Shown here: piece by piece, positions 36,420-49,544 of the stretch
Numbering within the stretch: the first letter of the stretch is position 1
How the letters are laid out: every line of letters begins with the position of its first letter
Assembly (NCBI RefSeq): GCF_964213995.1
Contig: NW_027590172.1
Location: 744,001-808,000, forward strand
From: Mustelus asterias
Lineage: Eukaryota
DNA: 64,000 nucleotides
Direction of reading: 5' to 3'
The notes under the pieces: generated by a model
What the model saw: only the letters and a program-made list of their open reading frames with translations
Told to the model about the DNA's origin: nothing
Database searches by the model: none
Program-made: the position numbers and the translations under genes

Positions 36420-37765
36420 ACATAAGAATTCGGAACGGGAGCCCGTCATTCGGCCCATCGAGCCTGCTGCATCATTCAATAAGATCATGTCTACTTTGGA
36501 GAGGCTGGATAGACTGGGACTTTTTTTCTCTGGAGCATAGGAGACTGAGGGGTGACCTTATAGAGGTCTATAAAATACTGAGGGGCACAGATCAGCTCGA
36601 TAGTAAATATATTTTCCCAAAGGTAGGGGAGTCTAAAACTAGAGGGCATAGGTTTAAGGTGAGAGGGGAGAGATACAAAAGTGTCCAGAGGTGCAATTTG
36701 TTCACACAGAGGGTCATAGAGTCAGAGAGGTTTACAGCATGGAAACAGGCCCTTCGGCCCAACTTGTCCATGCCGCACATTTGTAAAAATCCCAATTGCC
36801 TGCATTTGGCCCATATCCCTCTATACCCATCATACCCATGTAACTATCGAAATGCTTTTTAAAAGACAAAATTGAACACGCCTCGACTCCTACCTCTGGC
36901 AGCTTGTTCCAGACACTCACCACCCTCTGTGTATCTCTCCCCTCTCAATTTAAACCTATGCCCTCTAATTTTAGACTCCCCTACCTTTGGGAAAAGATAT
37001 TGACTATCCAGCTGATCTATGCCCCTCATTATTTTATAGACCTCTCCAAGATCACCCCTCAGCTTCCTACGCTCCAGAGAAAAAAGTCCCAGTCTATCCA
37101 ACCTCTCCTTATAACTCAATCCATCAAGTCCCAGTAGCATCCTAGTAAATCTTTGCTGCACTCTTTTTAGTTTAATAATATCCTTTCTATAATAGGGTGA
37201 CCAGAATTGCACACAGTATTCCAAGTGTGGTTTTCCCAATGTTTTGTACAACTTCAACAAGACATTCCAACACCTGTATTCAATGTTCTGACCGATGAAA
37301 CCAAGTATGCCGAATGCTTTCTTCACCACTCTGTCCACCTGTGGCTCCACTTTCAAGGAGCTATGAACATGTACCCCGAGATCTCTTTGTTCTGTAACTC
37401 TCCCCAACACCCTACCATTAACTAAATAAGTCCTGCCCTGGTTCAATCTACCAAAATGCATCACCTCGCATTTGTCTAAATTAAACTCCATCTGCCATTC
37501 GTCAGCCCACTGGCCCAATTGATCAAGATCCCGTTGCAATTAGATAGGGTGGTGAGTATTTGGAACAAGCTGCCAGAGGTAGTAGTAGAGGCGGGTACAA
37601 TTTAGTCTTTTAAATAGCATTTAGATAGTTACATGGGTATAGAGGGATATGGACCAAATGTGGGCAATTGGGATGAGCTTAAGGGTTTAAAAAAAAAGGG
37701 CAGCATGGACAAGTTGGGCCGAAGGGTTGTTTTCCATGCTGCAAATCTCTATGAATCTATGACTT
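36420..37765. mobile_element. CR1 (minus, 36714-37540) inserted in a CR1 of the same subfamily (plus, 36500-36713 and 37545-37765)
   Basis: The plus copy breaks at ..CACAGAGGGT and resumes AGGGTGGTGAGT.. Confidence 0.85.
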
Positions 37766-37999
37766 TGCTACCCCCACCCCGTCCATACCCATGACTTTCT
37801 TGTGGATCAGAACCTCAGCTTTGAATATATTCAATGACTTGCCTCCAATCCTCACTGGTGAAGACAGAGTTCCAAAGATCAATAGCCCATTGAGAGAAAA
37901 GATCTCTCTTCATCTTAATCTTAAATCCTTTATTTTTACTTGATTCCCACACCAAAGGAAACATCCTCAGCATCTACATTGTCAAGCACCTTATATCAT

Positions 38000-38315
38000 A
38001 TGAATCATAGAATCCCAACAGTGCAGAAGGAGGCCATTCGGCCCATCAAGTTTGTACCAACCACAATCCCACCCAGCCCCATCCCCACAACCCCCTGCAT
38101 TTACCCTGCTAATCCCCCTGACACTTGGGTCAATTTAGCATGGTTCATCCACCTAATCCATACATCTTTGGACTGTGGGAGGAAACTGGAGCACCCTGAG
38201 GAAACTCACAGACAAGGGGAAAATGTGCAAACTCCACACAGACCGTGACCCAACGCTGGAATTGAACTTGGGATCCTGGTGCTGTGAGGCAGCAGTGCGA
38301 ACCATTATGCCACCC
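38000..38315 (-). mobile_element. HE1-type SINE
   Basis: Family motifs. Confidence 0.82.
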
Positions 38316-39144
38316 TGAAATTCCCAGATGCTTCAATAAGATTACTTCTCAGTCTTCTAAACTCCAAAGAGTACAGGCCCCAGCTGCTCAACCTGGAAGA
38401 TAAAACTCCTCATTTCAGGAATCAACCAACTGGATCTTCTCTGAACTGCCTCCACTGCAATTTTGTCCCACTAAAGTAATTCTGTGCAAGCAATAGGAGA
38501 GAATGTTTTGAATTTCTGTTCTGGACAAATGCTGATGGATTTTGGAAACTCCTTTTACAGGGGATTAGAAGGGGAGGATTTACTCACAGCAAACTCAGAC
38601 CAAAAGAAATGTTTGTCTGTCCTGAATTTCTAACCTTGAATTACACCGATAACTTTCCTCATTTACAGGGACAAGATTTGAAGATTGCAACATTTTTCCC
38701 AGACACCAATCTCTCTCAGATCTTTGCAGACGTAGACTCCAGCGGATTTAAAACGTTGAAAACAGTGAAATTGTTTTGGGGTGAGTGTGAGTGAGCATTA
38801 ATTTAAATTTAGAGCATGCTCTGATTCCATGGATCTCGGGCTACTGTGACTCCTTTACCATGGATGGGCAGGCAATGGTGCAGTGACAGTGTCATTGGAT
38901 TAGTAATACAGGGATCCAGGGCAATGCACTGTGAACCCTGGGTTTGAATCTGACAGTGGCAAATGTTGAAATTTGAATTCAGTAAAAATCTAGAATTAGA
39001 AGTCCATTGATGACAATTGTTGTAAAAATCCATCCAATTTAATAATGTCCTTTAAAGAAGGGAATTACCACATCCCCCAGCAATGCAAACCACTCAGTTC
39101 AAGGGCAATGAGTTATGGGCAATAGATGCTGACGCAGCCAATAC

Positions 39145-39455
39145 ATAGAGTCATAGAGCAATACAGCACGGAAACAGGCCCTTGGGCCCAACTGATCCAT
39201 GCCAACCATGGTGCACTCCCAGCTAGTCCCAATTGCCCATGTTTGGCTCATATCCCTCTAATCCTTTCCAATTGATGTACTTATGGTTTTTAAATGTTTG
39301 AACCTGCCTCAACCACTTTCTCTGGCAGCTCATTCCATGTACACACCACCTTCTGCATGAAGAAGTTGCCCCTCAGGTCCCTTTTAATCTTTTCCCCCTC
39401 ACCTTAAACCTATGCCCTCTAGTTTTTAATTCCCCAACCCTGGCAAAAAGACTAT
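39145..39455 (-). mobile_element. CR1 3' end
   Basis: Antisense CR1 tail motifs. Confidence 0.75.
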
Positions 39456-39456
39456 G

Positions 39457-40075
39457 GGCCGGATTTTACCAAAACTTCGTGCCCGTTTTCGAGTGCGAAA
39501 TTGCGGTAAAGTCGGGCATCGGGCCTGTACCTCGATCTGCGCCTGATTCCGAGCAGAGCGTGACTTTACCACCACCCGATTCGGGCACAGGCCCGGCCTG
39601 TGCCTGAATCGGGCAGCCCGCCAATTTAAATGTATTTGCATGCATTTAAATCGACTTAATGAACCGCACGCCCAACTCTACCACCAAAGCCCACTTTACC
39701 GTCTTCTGGCCCGACCCGCGTCCACGCTTTTACCGACCTGCAAACTAAAAGTCTGCATTCGCCGCAGCAGCCTCCAAAGAGCAAGAGTCAGAGACTGCAA
39801 CGGCTCTCTGACCCAGGTCATCCTCTGGTCAGGGCAGGAGGGGGTGGGAGGAGGAGAGGGAGTGTGACGTCTCATCCCCTGGGGGGAGGGGAGGGGAGGA
39901 GAGGGGGTGTGACGTCTCATCCCCTGGGGGGAGGGGAGGGGAGGAGAGGGGGTGTGACGTCTCATCCCCTGGGGGGAGGGGAGGAGAGGGGGTGTGACAT
40001 CTCATCCCCTGGGGGGAGGGGAGGAGAGGGGGTGTGACGTCTCATCCCCTGGGGGGGTCCCCGCTGAACTTTAAA
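39457..40075. mobile_element. CpG-rich, internally palindromic non-autonomous element (MITE-like), one end only
   Basis: Begins GGGCCGGATTTTACC abruptly inside a CR1; internal hairpins; no matching second TIR seen. Confidence 0.5.
39840..40057. repeat. G-rich tandem repeat, ~42-47 bp x5 (GGAGAGGGGGTGTGACGTCTCATCCCCTGGGGGGAGGG)
   Basis: Directly visible; multiple G-runs. Confidence 0.92.
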
Positions 40076-40370
40076 ATATACAACTTTCTGAGGCACACAG
40101 CCAGCATTCAGACACACCTGTCAGGCTTTGTTTTCCAAGAGGGTGGCATTACAATTGCACAGTAAAAGAAGCAATGAAGTATAAAATGTTGGACTCTGAA
40201 ACTTATGCTACTCTGTCTAAATGTGCAGCATTTGGGGAGGGGGACTTTTTAAGACCACTTTTTACTACTGGTGTAACAGAATATTGTTCTCAAACTGTAT
40301 CTGCATTTTACAATGTTTTAAAGAAAATGCTACTCTCTGTAACGCCACCCTCTTGGAAAACAAAGCCTGA

Positions 40371-43300
40371 CATTCTCCTACATTCTCCTACATTCTCCTC
40401 CATTCTCCTACATTCTCCTACATTCTCCTACATTCTCCTACATTCTCCTACATTCTCCTCCATTCTCCTCCATTCTCCTACATTCTCTTACATTCTCCTA
40501 CATTCTCCTCCATTCTCCTACATTCTCCTACATTCTCCTACATTCTCCTACATTCTCCTACATTCTCCTACATTCTCCTACATTCTCCTACATTCTCCTA
40601 CATTCTCCTACATTCTCTTACATTCTCTTACATTCTCCTACATTCTCCTACATTCTCCTACATTCTCCTACATTCTCCTCCATTCTCCTACATTCTCCTA
40701 CATTCTCCTACGTTCTCCTACGTTCTCCTACATTCTCCTCCATTCTCCTCCATTCTCCTACATTCCCCTCCATTCTCCTCCATTCTCCTACATTCTCCTA
40801 CATTCTCCTCCATTCTCCTACATTCTCTTACATTCTCCTCCATTCTCCTCATTCTACATTCTCCTACTCCTACATTCTCCTCCATTCTCCTACATTCTCC
40901 TACATTCTCTTACATTCTCCTACATTCTCCTACATTCTCTTACATTCTCCTCCATTCTCCTACATTCTCCTACATTCTCCTACATTCTCCTCCATTCTCC
41001 TACATTCTCCTCCATTCTCCTACATTCTCCTACATTCTCCTACATTCTCTTACATTCTCCTACATTCTCCTACATTCTCTTACATTCTCCTACATTCTCC
41101 TACATTCTCTTACATTCTCCTACATTCTCCTCCATTCTCCTACATTCTCTTACATTCTCCTACATTCTCCTACATTCTCCTACATTCTCCTACATTCTCC
41201 TACATTCTCTTACATTCTCCTACATTCTCCTCCATTCTCCTACATTCTCCTACATTCTCCTCCATTCTCCTCCATTCTCCTACATTCTCTTACATTCTCC
41301 TACATTCTCCTACATTCTCCTACATCTCCTCCATTCTCCTACATTCTCTTACATTCTCCTCCATTCTCCTACATTCTCTTACATCTCCTCCAGTCTCCTA
41401 CATTCTCTCATTCTCCTACATTCTCCTACATTCTCCTACATTCTCCTCCATTCTCCTACATTCTCTTACATTCTCCTCCATTCTCCTACATTCTCCTCCA
41501 TTCTCCTACATTCTCTACATTCTCCTCCATTCTCCTACATTCTCCTACATTCTCCTACATTCTCCTACATTCTCCTACATTCTCCTCCATTCTCCTCCAT
41601 TCTCCTACATTCTCTTACATTCTCCTCCATTCTCCTACATTCTCTTACATTCTCCTACATTCTCCTCCATTCTCCTACATTCTCTTACATTCTCCTACAT
41701 TCTCCTACATTCTCCTACATTCTCCTACATTCTCCTCCATTCTCCTCCATTCTCCTACATTCTCCTACATTCTCCTACATTCTCCTACATTCTCCTACAT
41801 TCTCCTACATTCTCCTCCATTCTCCACCATTCTCCTACATTCTCCTCCATTCTCCTCCATTCTCCTACATTCTCCTACATTCTCCTACATTCTCCTACAT
41901 TCTCTTACATTCTCCTCCATTCTCCTACATTCTCTTACATTCTCCTCCATTCTCCTACATTCTCCTACATTCTCCTACATTCTCCTCCATTCTCCTACAT
42001 TCTCTTACATTCTCCTACATTCTCCTACATTCTCCTACATTCTCCTACATTCTCCTCCATTCTCCTCCATTCTCCTCCATTCTCCTCCATTCTCCTCCAT
42101 TCTCCTCCATTCTCCTACATTCTCCTACATTCTCCTACATCTCCTACATTCTCTTACATTCTCCTCCATTCTCCTACATTCTCTTACATTCTCCTCCATT
42201 CTCCTACATTCTCTTACATTCTCCTACATTCTCCTACATTCTCCTACATTCTCCTACATTCTCCTACATTCTCCTCCATTCTCCTACATTCTCCTCCATT
42301 CTCCTCCATTCTCCTACATTCTCCTACATTCTCCTACCCTACATTCTCTTACATTCTCCTCCATTCTCCTACATTCTCTTACATCTCCTCCCATCTCCTC
42401 CATTCCCCTACATTCTCTTACATTCTCCTACATTCTCCTACTTCTCCTACATTCTCCTACATTCTCCTACATTCTCTTACATTCTCTACATTCTCCTCCA
42501 TTCTCCTACATTCTCTTACATTCTCCTCCATTCTCCTACATTCTCCTACATTCTCCTACATTCTCCTCCATTCTCCTACATTCTCCTACATTCTCTTACA
42601 TTCTCCTACATTCTCCTACATTCTCTTACATTCTCCTCCATTCTCCTACATTCTCTTACATTCTCCTACATTCTCCTACATTCTCCTCCATTCTCCTACA
42701 TTCTCCTACATTCTCCTACATTCTCCTACATTCTCCTACATTCTTATCTCCTACATTCTCCTACATTCTCTTACATTCTCCTCCATTCTCCTACATTCTC
42801 TTACATTCTCCTACATTCTCCTACATTCTCCTACATTCTCCTACATTCTCCTACATTCTCCTACATTCTCCTACATTCTCCTACATTCTCCTACATTCTC
42901 CTCCATTCTCCTACATTCTCTTACATTCTCCTACATTCTCTTACATTCTCCTACATTCTCCTCCATTCTCCTACATTCTCCTACATTCTCCTACATTCTC
43001 TTACATTCTCCTCCATTCTCCTACATTCTCCTACATTCTCTTACATTCTCCTCCATTCTCCTACATTCTCCTACATTCTCCTACATTCTCTTACATTCTC
43101 CTACATTCTCCTACATTCTCCTACATTCTCTACATTCTCCTCCATTCTCCTCCATTCTCCTACATTCTCCTACATTCCCTACATTCTCCTACATTCTCCT
43201 CCATTCTCCTACATTCTCCTACATTCTCTTACATTCTCCTCCATTCTCCTACATTCTCTTACATTCTCCTACATTCTCCTACATTCTCCTACATTCTCCT

Positions 43301-44766
43301 ACATTCTCCTCCATTCTCCTCCATTCTCCTACATTCTCTTACATTCTCCTCCATTCTCCTACATTCTCCTACATTCTCCTACATCTCTTACATTCTCCTA
43401 CATTCTCCTCCATTCTCCTACATTCTCTTACATTCTCCTCCATTCTCCTACATTCTCTTACATTCTCCTCCATTCTCCTACATTCTCTTACATTCTCCTA
43501 CATTCTCTTACATTCTCCTCCATTCTCCTACATTCTCCTACATTCTCCTACATTCTCCTACATTCTCCTCCATTCTCTTACATTCTCCTACATTCTCTTA
43601 CATTCTCCTCCATTCTCCTACATTCTCTTACATTCTCCTACATTCTCTTACATTCTCCTCCATTCTCCTACATTCTCTTACATTCTCCTACATTCTCCTA
43701 CATTCTCTTACATTCTCCTACATTCTCCTACATTCTCCTACATTCTCCTACATTCTCCTACATTCTCCTCCATTCTCCTACATTCTCCTCCATTCTCCTC
43801 CATTCTCCTACATTCTCTTACATTCTCCTACATTCTCCTCCATTCTCCTACATTCTCCTACATTCTCTTACATTCTCCTCCATTCTCCTACATTCTCCTA
43901 CATTCTCCTACATTCTCTTACATTCTCCTACATTCTCCTACATTCTCCTCCATTCTCCTACATTCTCCTACATTCTCCTACATTCTCCTACATTCTCCTC
44001 CATTCTCCTACATTCTCTTACATTCTCCTCCATTCTCCTACATTCTCCTACATTCTCCTACATTCTCCTACATTCTCCTCCATTCTCCTACATTCTCTTA
44101 CATTCTCCTCCATTCTCCTACATTCTCTTACATTCTCCTACATTCTCCTCCATTCTCTTACATTCTCCTACATTCTCCTACATTCTCTTACATTCTCCTA
44201 CATTCTCCTACATTCTCCTACATTCTCCTACATTCTCCTCCATTCTCTTACATTCTCCTCCATTCTCCTACATTCTCTTACATTCTCCTACATTCTCCTA
44301 CATTCTCCTACATTCTCCTACATTCTCCTCCATTCTCCTACATTCTCCTACATTCTCCTACATTCTCCTACATTCTCCTACATTCTCCTCCATTCTCCTA
44401 CATTCTCCTCCATTCTCCTCCATTCTCCTCCATTCTCCTCCATTCTCCTACATTCTCTTACATTCTCCTACATTCTCTTACATTCTCCTCCATTCTCCTA
44501 CATTCTCCTACATTCTCCTACATTCTCCTACATTCTCTTACATTCTCCTACATTCTCCTACATTCTCTTACATTCTCCTACATTCTCCTACATTCTCCTA
44601 CATTCTCCTACATTCTCCTACATTCTCCTACATTCTCCTACGTTCTCCTACATTCTCCTACATTCTCCTACATTCTCCTCCATTCTCCTACGTTCTCCTA
44701 CATTCTCCTACGTTCTCCTACATTCTCCTACGTTCTCCTACGTTCTCCTACATTCTCCTACATTCT
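40371..44766. repeat. Satellite (CATTCTCCTA)n, 10-bp unit, ~4.4 kb, with CATTCTCCTC / CATTCTCTTA / CGTTCTCCTA variants
   Basis: Directly visible tandem array of about 440 units with occasional indels. Confidence 0.99.
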
Positions 44767-45420
44767 GTCCCAACTCCTATACTCAGTGCCCTGACTGATG
44801 AAGGCCAGTGTGCTAAATGCCTTCTTCACCACTCTGTCTACCTGTGCCGCCACTTCCAACAACTATGTACTTGTACTCCTGGGTCCCTCTGTTCCTCAAC
44901 ACTCCCCAGGGCCTTACCATTCACTGTACAAGTCCTACCCTGGTTTGACTTTCCAAAATGCAACACTCACACTTAAGACCATAAGGCATAGGAGCAGAAT
45001 TAGGCCACTTGTCCCATCGAGTCTGCTCCACCATTCAGTCATGTCTGATATTTTTCTCATCCCCATTCTCCTGTCTTTTCCCCATCTCCCCGATCCCCTT
45101 ATTAATCAAGAACTTATATATCTCTGTCTTAAAGACAGTCAATGACCCGGCCTCCACAGCCTTCTGCGGCAAAGAGTTCCACAAATTCACCACTCTCTGG
45201 CTGAAGAAATTCCTCCTTATCTCTGTTTTAAAGGATCGTCCCTTTAACCTGAGGTTGTGCCCCTGTACTCTGTATTATCTGTACTGAAATCCATTTGCCA
45301 ATCAGCGGCCCACTTCTCTAACTGATCAACTGATCAAGATCTCCCTGTAATTTTTGATAACCTTCTTCACTATCAGCGATACCTCCTAATTTAGTATCGT
45401 CTGCAAACTTGCTAACCATG
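44767..45420 (-). mobile_element. CR1 fragments abutting the satellite (one nested 3' end at 44975-45260)
   Basis: Antisense CR1 ORF2 sequence. Confidence 0.8.
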
Positions 45421-46497
45421 CTTTTTATGAATTTTTAAACGGCGATCCATTTCTCTGTTTCACCTCTGCCCTCCCTGATCAGCTCTCTGCCATTGTCTAC
45501 CTTCCTCTGCCTCTAATAATGGGTGTATTTTAACTATTATTTCCGCAAGCTATGTCTTGATGAGGTTTTTACCACTTCACAACTCTGTTCACTGCTGAGT
45601 TACCAGCTTAGTCTTACAATGTTCAGGAACTGTTTCTCTTCCACTGGAGATCATTTCCCTTCCACTTCTGAGCTTATATTAACCAACAAAATCTGATACA
45701 TTTTTATTCCCTGTAATTCATTCTGCCCACCCTGAAACGTTAATCTTCTTTCTGTCTAAAAGGATGGTCTCTTTCCTAATGTTCACAATTAAAGGGCAGG
45801 AGATGGCTGACATTTAAGGGGACAGTAAATTAATAGAGGACAGAGATATGTCTAGTGTTATTATATGGTACCCAGATTAGATAAATTATTTATGTTTCTG
45901 TAATAAAATACATTTATTATTATTTCTTGCAGTAATATAATGCTGTAGCGATGTTATACATTTCCAGTCATAAAGTCATTACAGCACAGAAGGAATCCAT
46001 TTGGTAACTCGAGTCCATGCTGACTCTCTGTATAACATTCCAGTCCCATTCCCACTCTATATCCCCATTCTCCTGAAAGTTTATTTCCTTCAAGTGCCCA
46101 TCCACTTTCATTTTTAAATAGAATCCTGTTCTGACTTTCTATCCTGTACTGACACTGATGACTTTTGTAAACTAATTTCACAGGACATTGAAAGAGGAAT
46201 CACAGCCCGAAATCTCAGACGTCATGTCAGATCTGACAGAGTCTTATTCCTTGGGAGCTCAATATCATCGGACTTTGAATCTCGAAGGAGAAATGATTGT
46301 CCAGTCTGTTGATTTGAAAAGATTTCAAACATCAGTGTGACTGGAAAAGCACCAACACACTGTCACACTCGAGTGAGGGTGTTCCAGTGCACTGACTAAA
46401 GAGCTTTAACCAGTTACACAGCCTGAATAAATATCACACCATTCACAGCGGGGAGAGACTGTACCCGTGTTCTGTGTGTGGACGAGGCTTCAACTGA

Positions 46498-47124
46498 TTG
46501 TCCACACAAGAGAGAGGCAAGGACACCTGCACCACGGAGAAACCATGGAAATGCGTGGACTGTGGGAAGAGATACAGATACCCAAATGAGCTGGAAGCTC
46601 ATCGGCGCAACCACACTGGGGAGAGACCATTCATGTGCTCTCAGTGTGGGGAGGGATTCACTCAATCATTCAACCTGCAGAGACACCAGCGAGTTCACAC
46701 TGGGGAGAGACCGTTCACGTGTTCTCAGTGTGGGAAGGGATTCATTCAGTCATTCAACCTGCTGACACACCAGCAAGTTCACACTGGGGAGAGGCTGTTC
46801 ACGTGTTTTCAGTGTGGGGAGGGATTCAGTCATTTATCCAGCCTGCGGAGGCACCAGCGAGTTCACACTGGGGAGAAGCCATTCACTTGCTCTCAGTGTG
46901 GGAAGGGATTCACTCGGTCATCTGACCTGCGGATACACCAGCGAGTTCACACTGGGGAGAGGCCATTCATCTGCTCTCAGTGTGGGAAGGGATTCGCTTG
47001 TTCATCCAACCTGCGGGCACATGAGCACATTCATACTGGGGAGAGGCCATTCACCTGCCCTCAGTGTGGGAAGGGATTCGCTCAGTCATCCCACCTGTTG
47101 AGACACCAGCGAGTTCACGAGTGA
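46498..47124 (+). CDS. C2H2 zinc-finger protein, 7 fingers; start uncertain (ACG at 46534 in place of the paralogs' ATG, next in-frame ATG 46633)
   Basis: Seven intact fingers; acceptor ctaatttcacag|G at ~46182; stop TGA at 47122-47124. Confidence 0.75.
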   Translation: MSTQERGKDTCTTEKPWKCVDCGKRYRYPNELEAHRRNHTGERPFMCSQCGEGFTQSFNLQRHQRVHTGERPFTCSQCGKGFIQSFNLLTHQQVHTGERLFTCFQCGEGFSHLSSLRRHQRVHTGEKPFTCSQCGKGFTRSSDLRIHQRVHTGERPFICSQCGKGFACSSNLRAHEHIHTGERPFTCPQCGKGFAQSSHLLRHQRVHE

Positions 47125-47894
47125 CTCCAGAGGTTGGATTCTGCTGTTATTGTTTCTGCTCTCAATTACATCCAGGACTGCATTTTGTTCATTCTCACAG
47201 TTGGTCAATGGGGAGGGTCGGAGGGTGACCTCCCTGCATCTCTGACCCAAAACCATAAATCTGTGTCCCCCTCATCCTTGTCCCATCAGCTAATGGGAAC
47301 AGCTTTTCTTTGTCCACCTTATCTAAACCTGTCAGAATCTTGTCCACCTCTATCAAATCTCCCCTCAACCTCCTTTGCTCCAAGGGGAACAACCTCAGCC
47401 TGACATCCCACAATAAAGAACAAACTAACAGAATATGTTAATACCTGAAATCAAATGGGAATGTTTAATTTCTGATTTAAAGATATTGTGAATATATTGT
47501 CCTGGACAATAAAGGAATTGGAATAACTCATCTTGGGTGTGGTTGAATGGAATATATCAATCTGGTATCCACCTGCAGTCTAGTGAAAGTCTGGAATGTG
47601 TAGCTGGAAATCCCACCCTAACAGCACTGTGAGTGTACCTACACCTCAGGCATTATAGCAGTTCAAGAAGGCAGTGTTGGGGTTGATCGTGGCCGAGGCA
47701 GCTACATACAGCCACATATTCTGTCATAATTGAAGGACAGCAGATTGAATGTGAGGCATTATGGGACTGGACTATCTTGACCACATTCCTGTGACTGCTC
47801 AGTTTCTGCAATCACGGACCATTAAAGCTGCTCAGCAGGGCCCCAACAGAGGACCTGGTGAGAATATTTACTCAGAATGAGTTAGAATTAAACT

Positions 47895-48207
47895 GGGGCG
47901 GCATGTGGCACAGTGGTTCGCACTGCTGCCTCACAGCGCCAGGAACCCGGGTTCGATTCCCAGCTTGGGTTACTGTCTGTGTGGAGTTTGCACATTCTCC
48001 CCGTGTCTGTGTAGGTTTCCTCCGGGTGCTCCGGTTTCCTCCCACAGTACAAAGAAATGCGGGTTAGGTGGATTGGCCATGCTAAATTGCCCCTTAGTGT
48101 CAGGGGGTCTTGCGAGGGTAAATGCATGGGGATAGGGTCGGTGGGATTGTGGTTGGTGCAGACTTGATGGGCCGAATGGCCTCCTTCTGCACTGTAGAGA
48201 TTCTATG
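47895..48207 (+). mobile_element. HE1-type SINE
   Basis: Family motifs. Confidence 0.85.
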
Positions 48208-49544
48208 AGATTATTGCAGGACCGGCTGGTGTTCAGCGACTGAGATACCTGGAATCTGTAAAAAAGGGGTCTGACTAATCAACAGACGGGGGTAGGTAGC
48301 TGACCAAGAAATTAAGAAGTGTTTTCAGGCATGTTTAAATTATTTTATCATGAATTTGTGATAAGAACTGTGAGGGACTTGTGACCCGTAGTCGGTGAAG
48401 TGACGGTACACTCCAAGTAGCACTGGACTGAAAAGTGGACCTCTAAGAGTGGATTCTAATGGTTATAATCCAACCCAAGCATGGCCAGTGAAAAATTCAG
48501 AGCTCGAGTGGGGACTGGACAGACTTCTTACCTGTCTTTTGGAAACTAAGAGCAAGGAACTTATCGATAAAATGATTTGAGAATAGCGCCAACATTTTGA
48601 GTCGAGGTGACACTTCATAGGAGCTCTCATGAAGGGTCATCCAGACTTGAAACGTTGGCTCTATTCTCTCCCTACAGATGCTGTCAGATCTGCTGGGATT
48701 TTCCAGCATTTTCTGTTTTTGTTTTACTTTTATAATAAATGATTCGGTCTGATTGGAATCCCCACGACCCTCCCGCAAAACAGAGAGAAAGTGGTGACAA
48801 AAGGAGAAAAAGGATATGGATGATAGAGTCTGGGTTCTCATTCTCCGAGCCCATGTAGAATTAACAAAATGAGTGAACCAGTTTATAAAGAACAGAAATT
48901 ACCCATCCCTAACAAAAAACTGATCAAATTAAAATAGGTTGAGGAATATAACAAAACAATTAATAGATGAAGTTTAAAATCAAGTTTCTTTTGTTGTTAG
49001 AGAGGGGATTTTTCACAGGAACTTCATTGCAGTGTTAATGTAAGCTTACTTGAGATTAATTATAAACTTTAAGTTTTTTAAAGTTATTTTGTTAGAGGGG
49101 TTCAGAATACCTTGAGATTAAAAACTAATAAAGGCTATTGAAACAGGACTGACTTAGACTAACGTAGAATAAGGACCACAATATGCCTTATTTATATTAT
49201 ACAAAGGTACTGTCTGCATCGAGACACATATAACCACTGGTAGAGAATTTAAACATGTATTTCAGATTTAAATATATACTTTTTGTACTAAAATGTATAC
49301 CTTGGCCAAACTGCAGACTGCCCTAAAGCATAATGGGATAAAAGCTGAGTGAGACAGGCCACATTCTTTCAGAACAGTGAAGCCACAGAACACAGTTTTT
49401 ATCAGTATGATTTATAGAAAATACCCACTTCCCAGACATTAGAATGAATAGAATTATTCATTTTTTACTGATGAGGGATGGCTCAGCAGACAGTGGAAAG
49501 GAACTTTTGAACCCTATAAGCTATGTAATAGAAGTTATCACAGA

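Noticed and set aside
40174-44976. 1600-aa ORF (HSPTFSYILL repeats) as a giant repetitive protein
   Set aside because: It is a translation of a G-poor 10-bp satellite that cannot form stop codons on this strand; indels shift phase freely and the C-terminus is antisense CR1.
47838-47860. tRNA-Lys primer-binding site (GGGCCCCAACAGAGGACC)
   Set aside because: Too many mismatches to TGGCGCCCGAACAGGGAC to assert.
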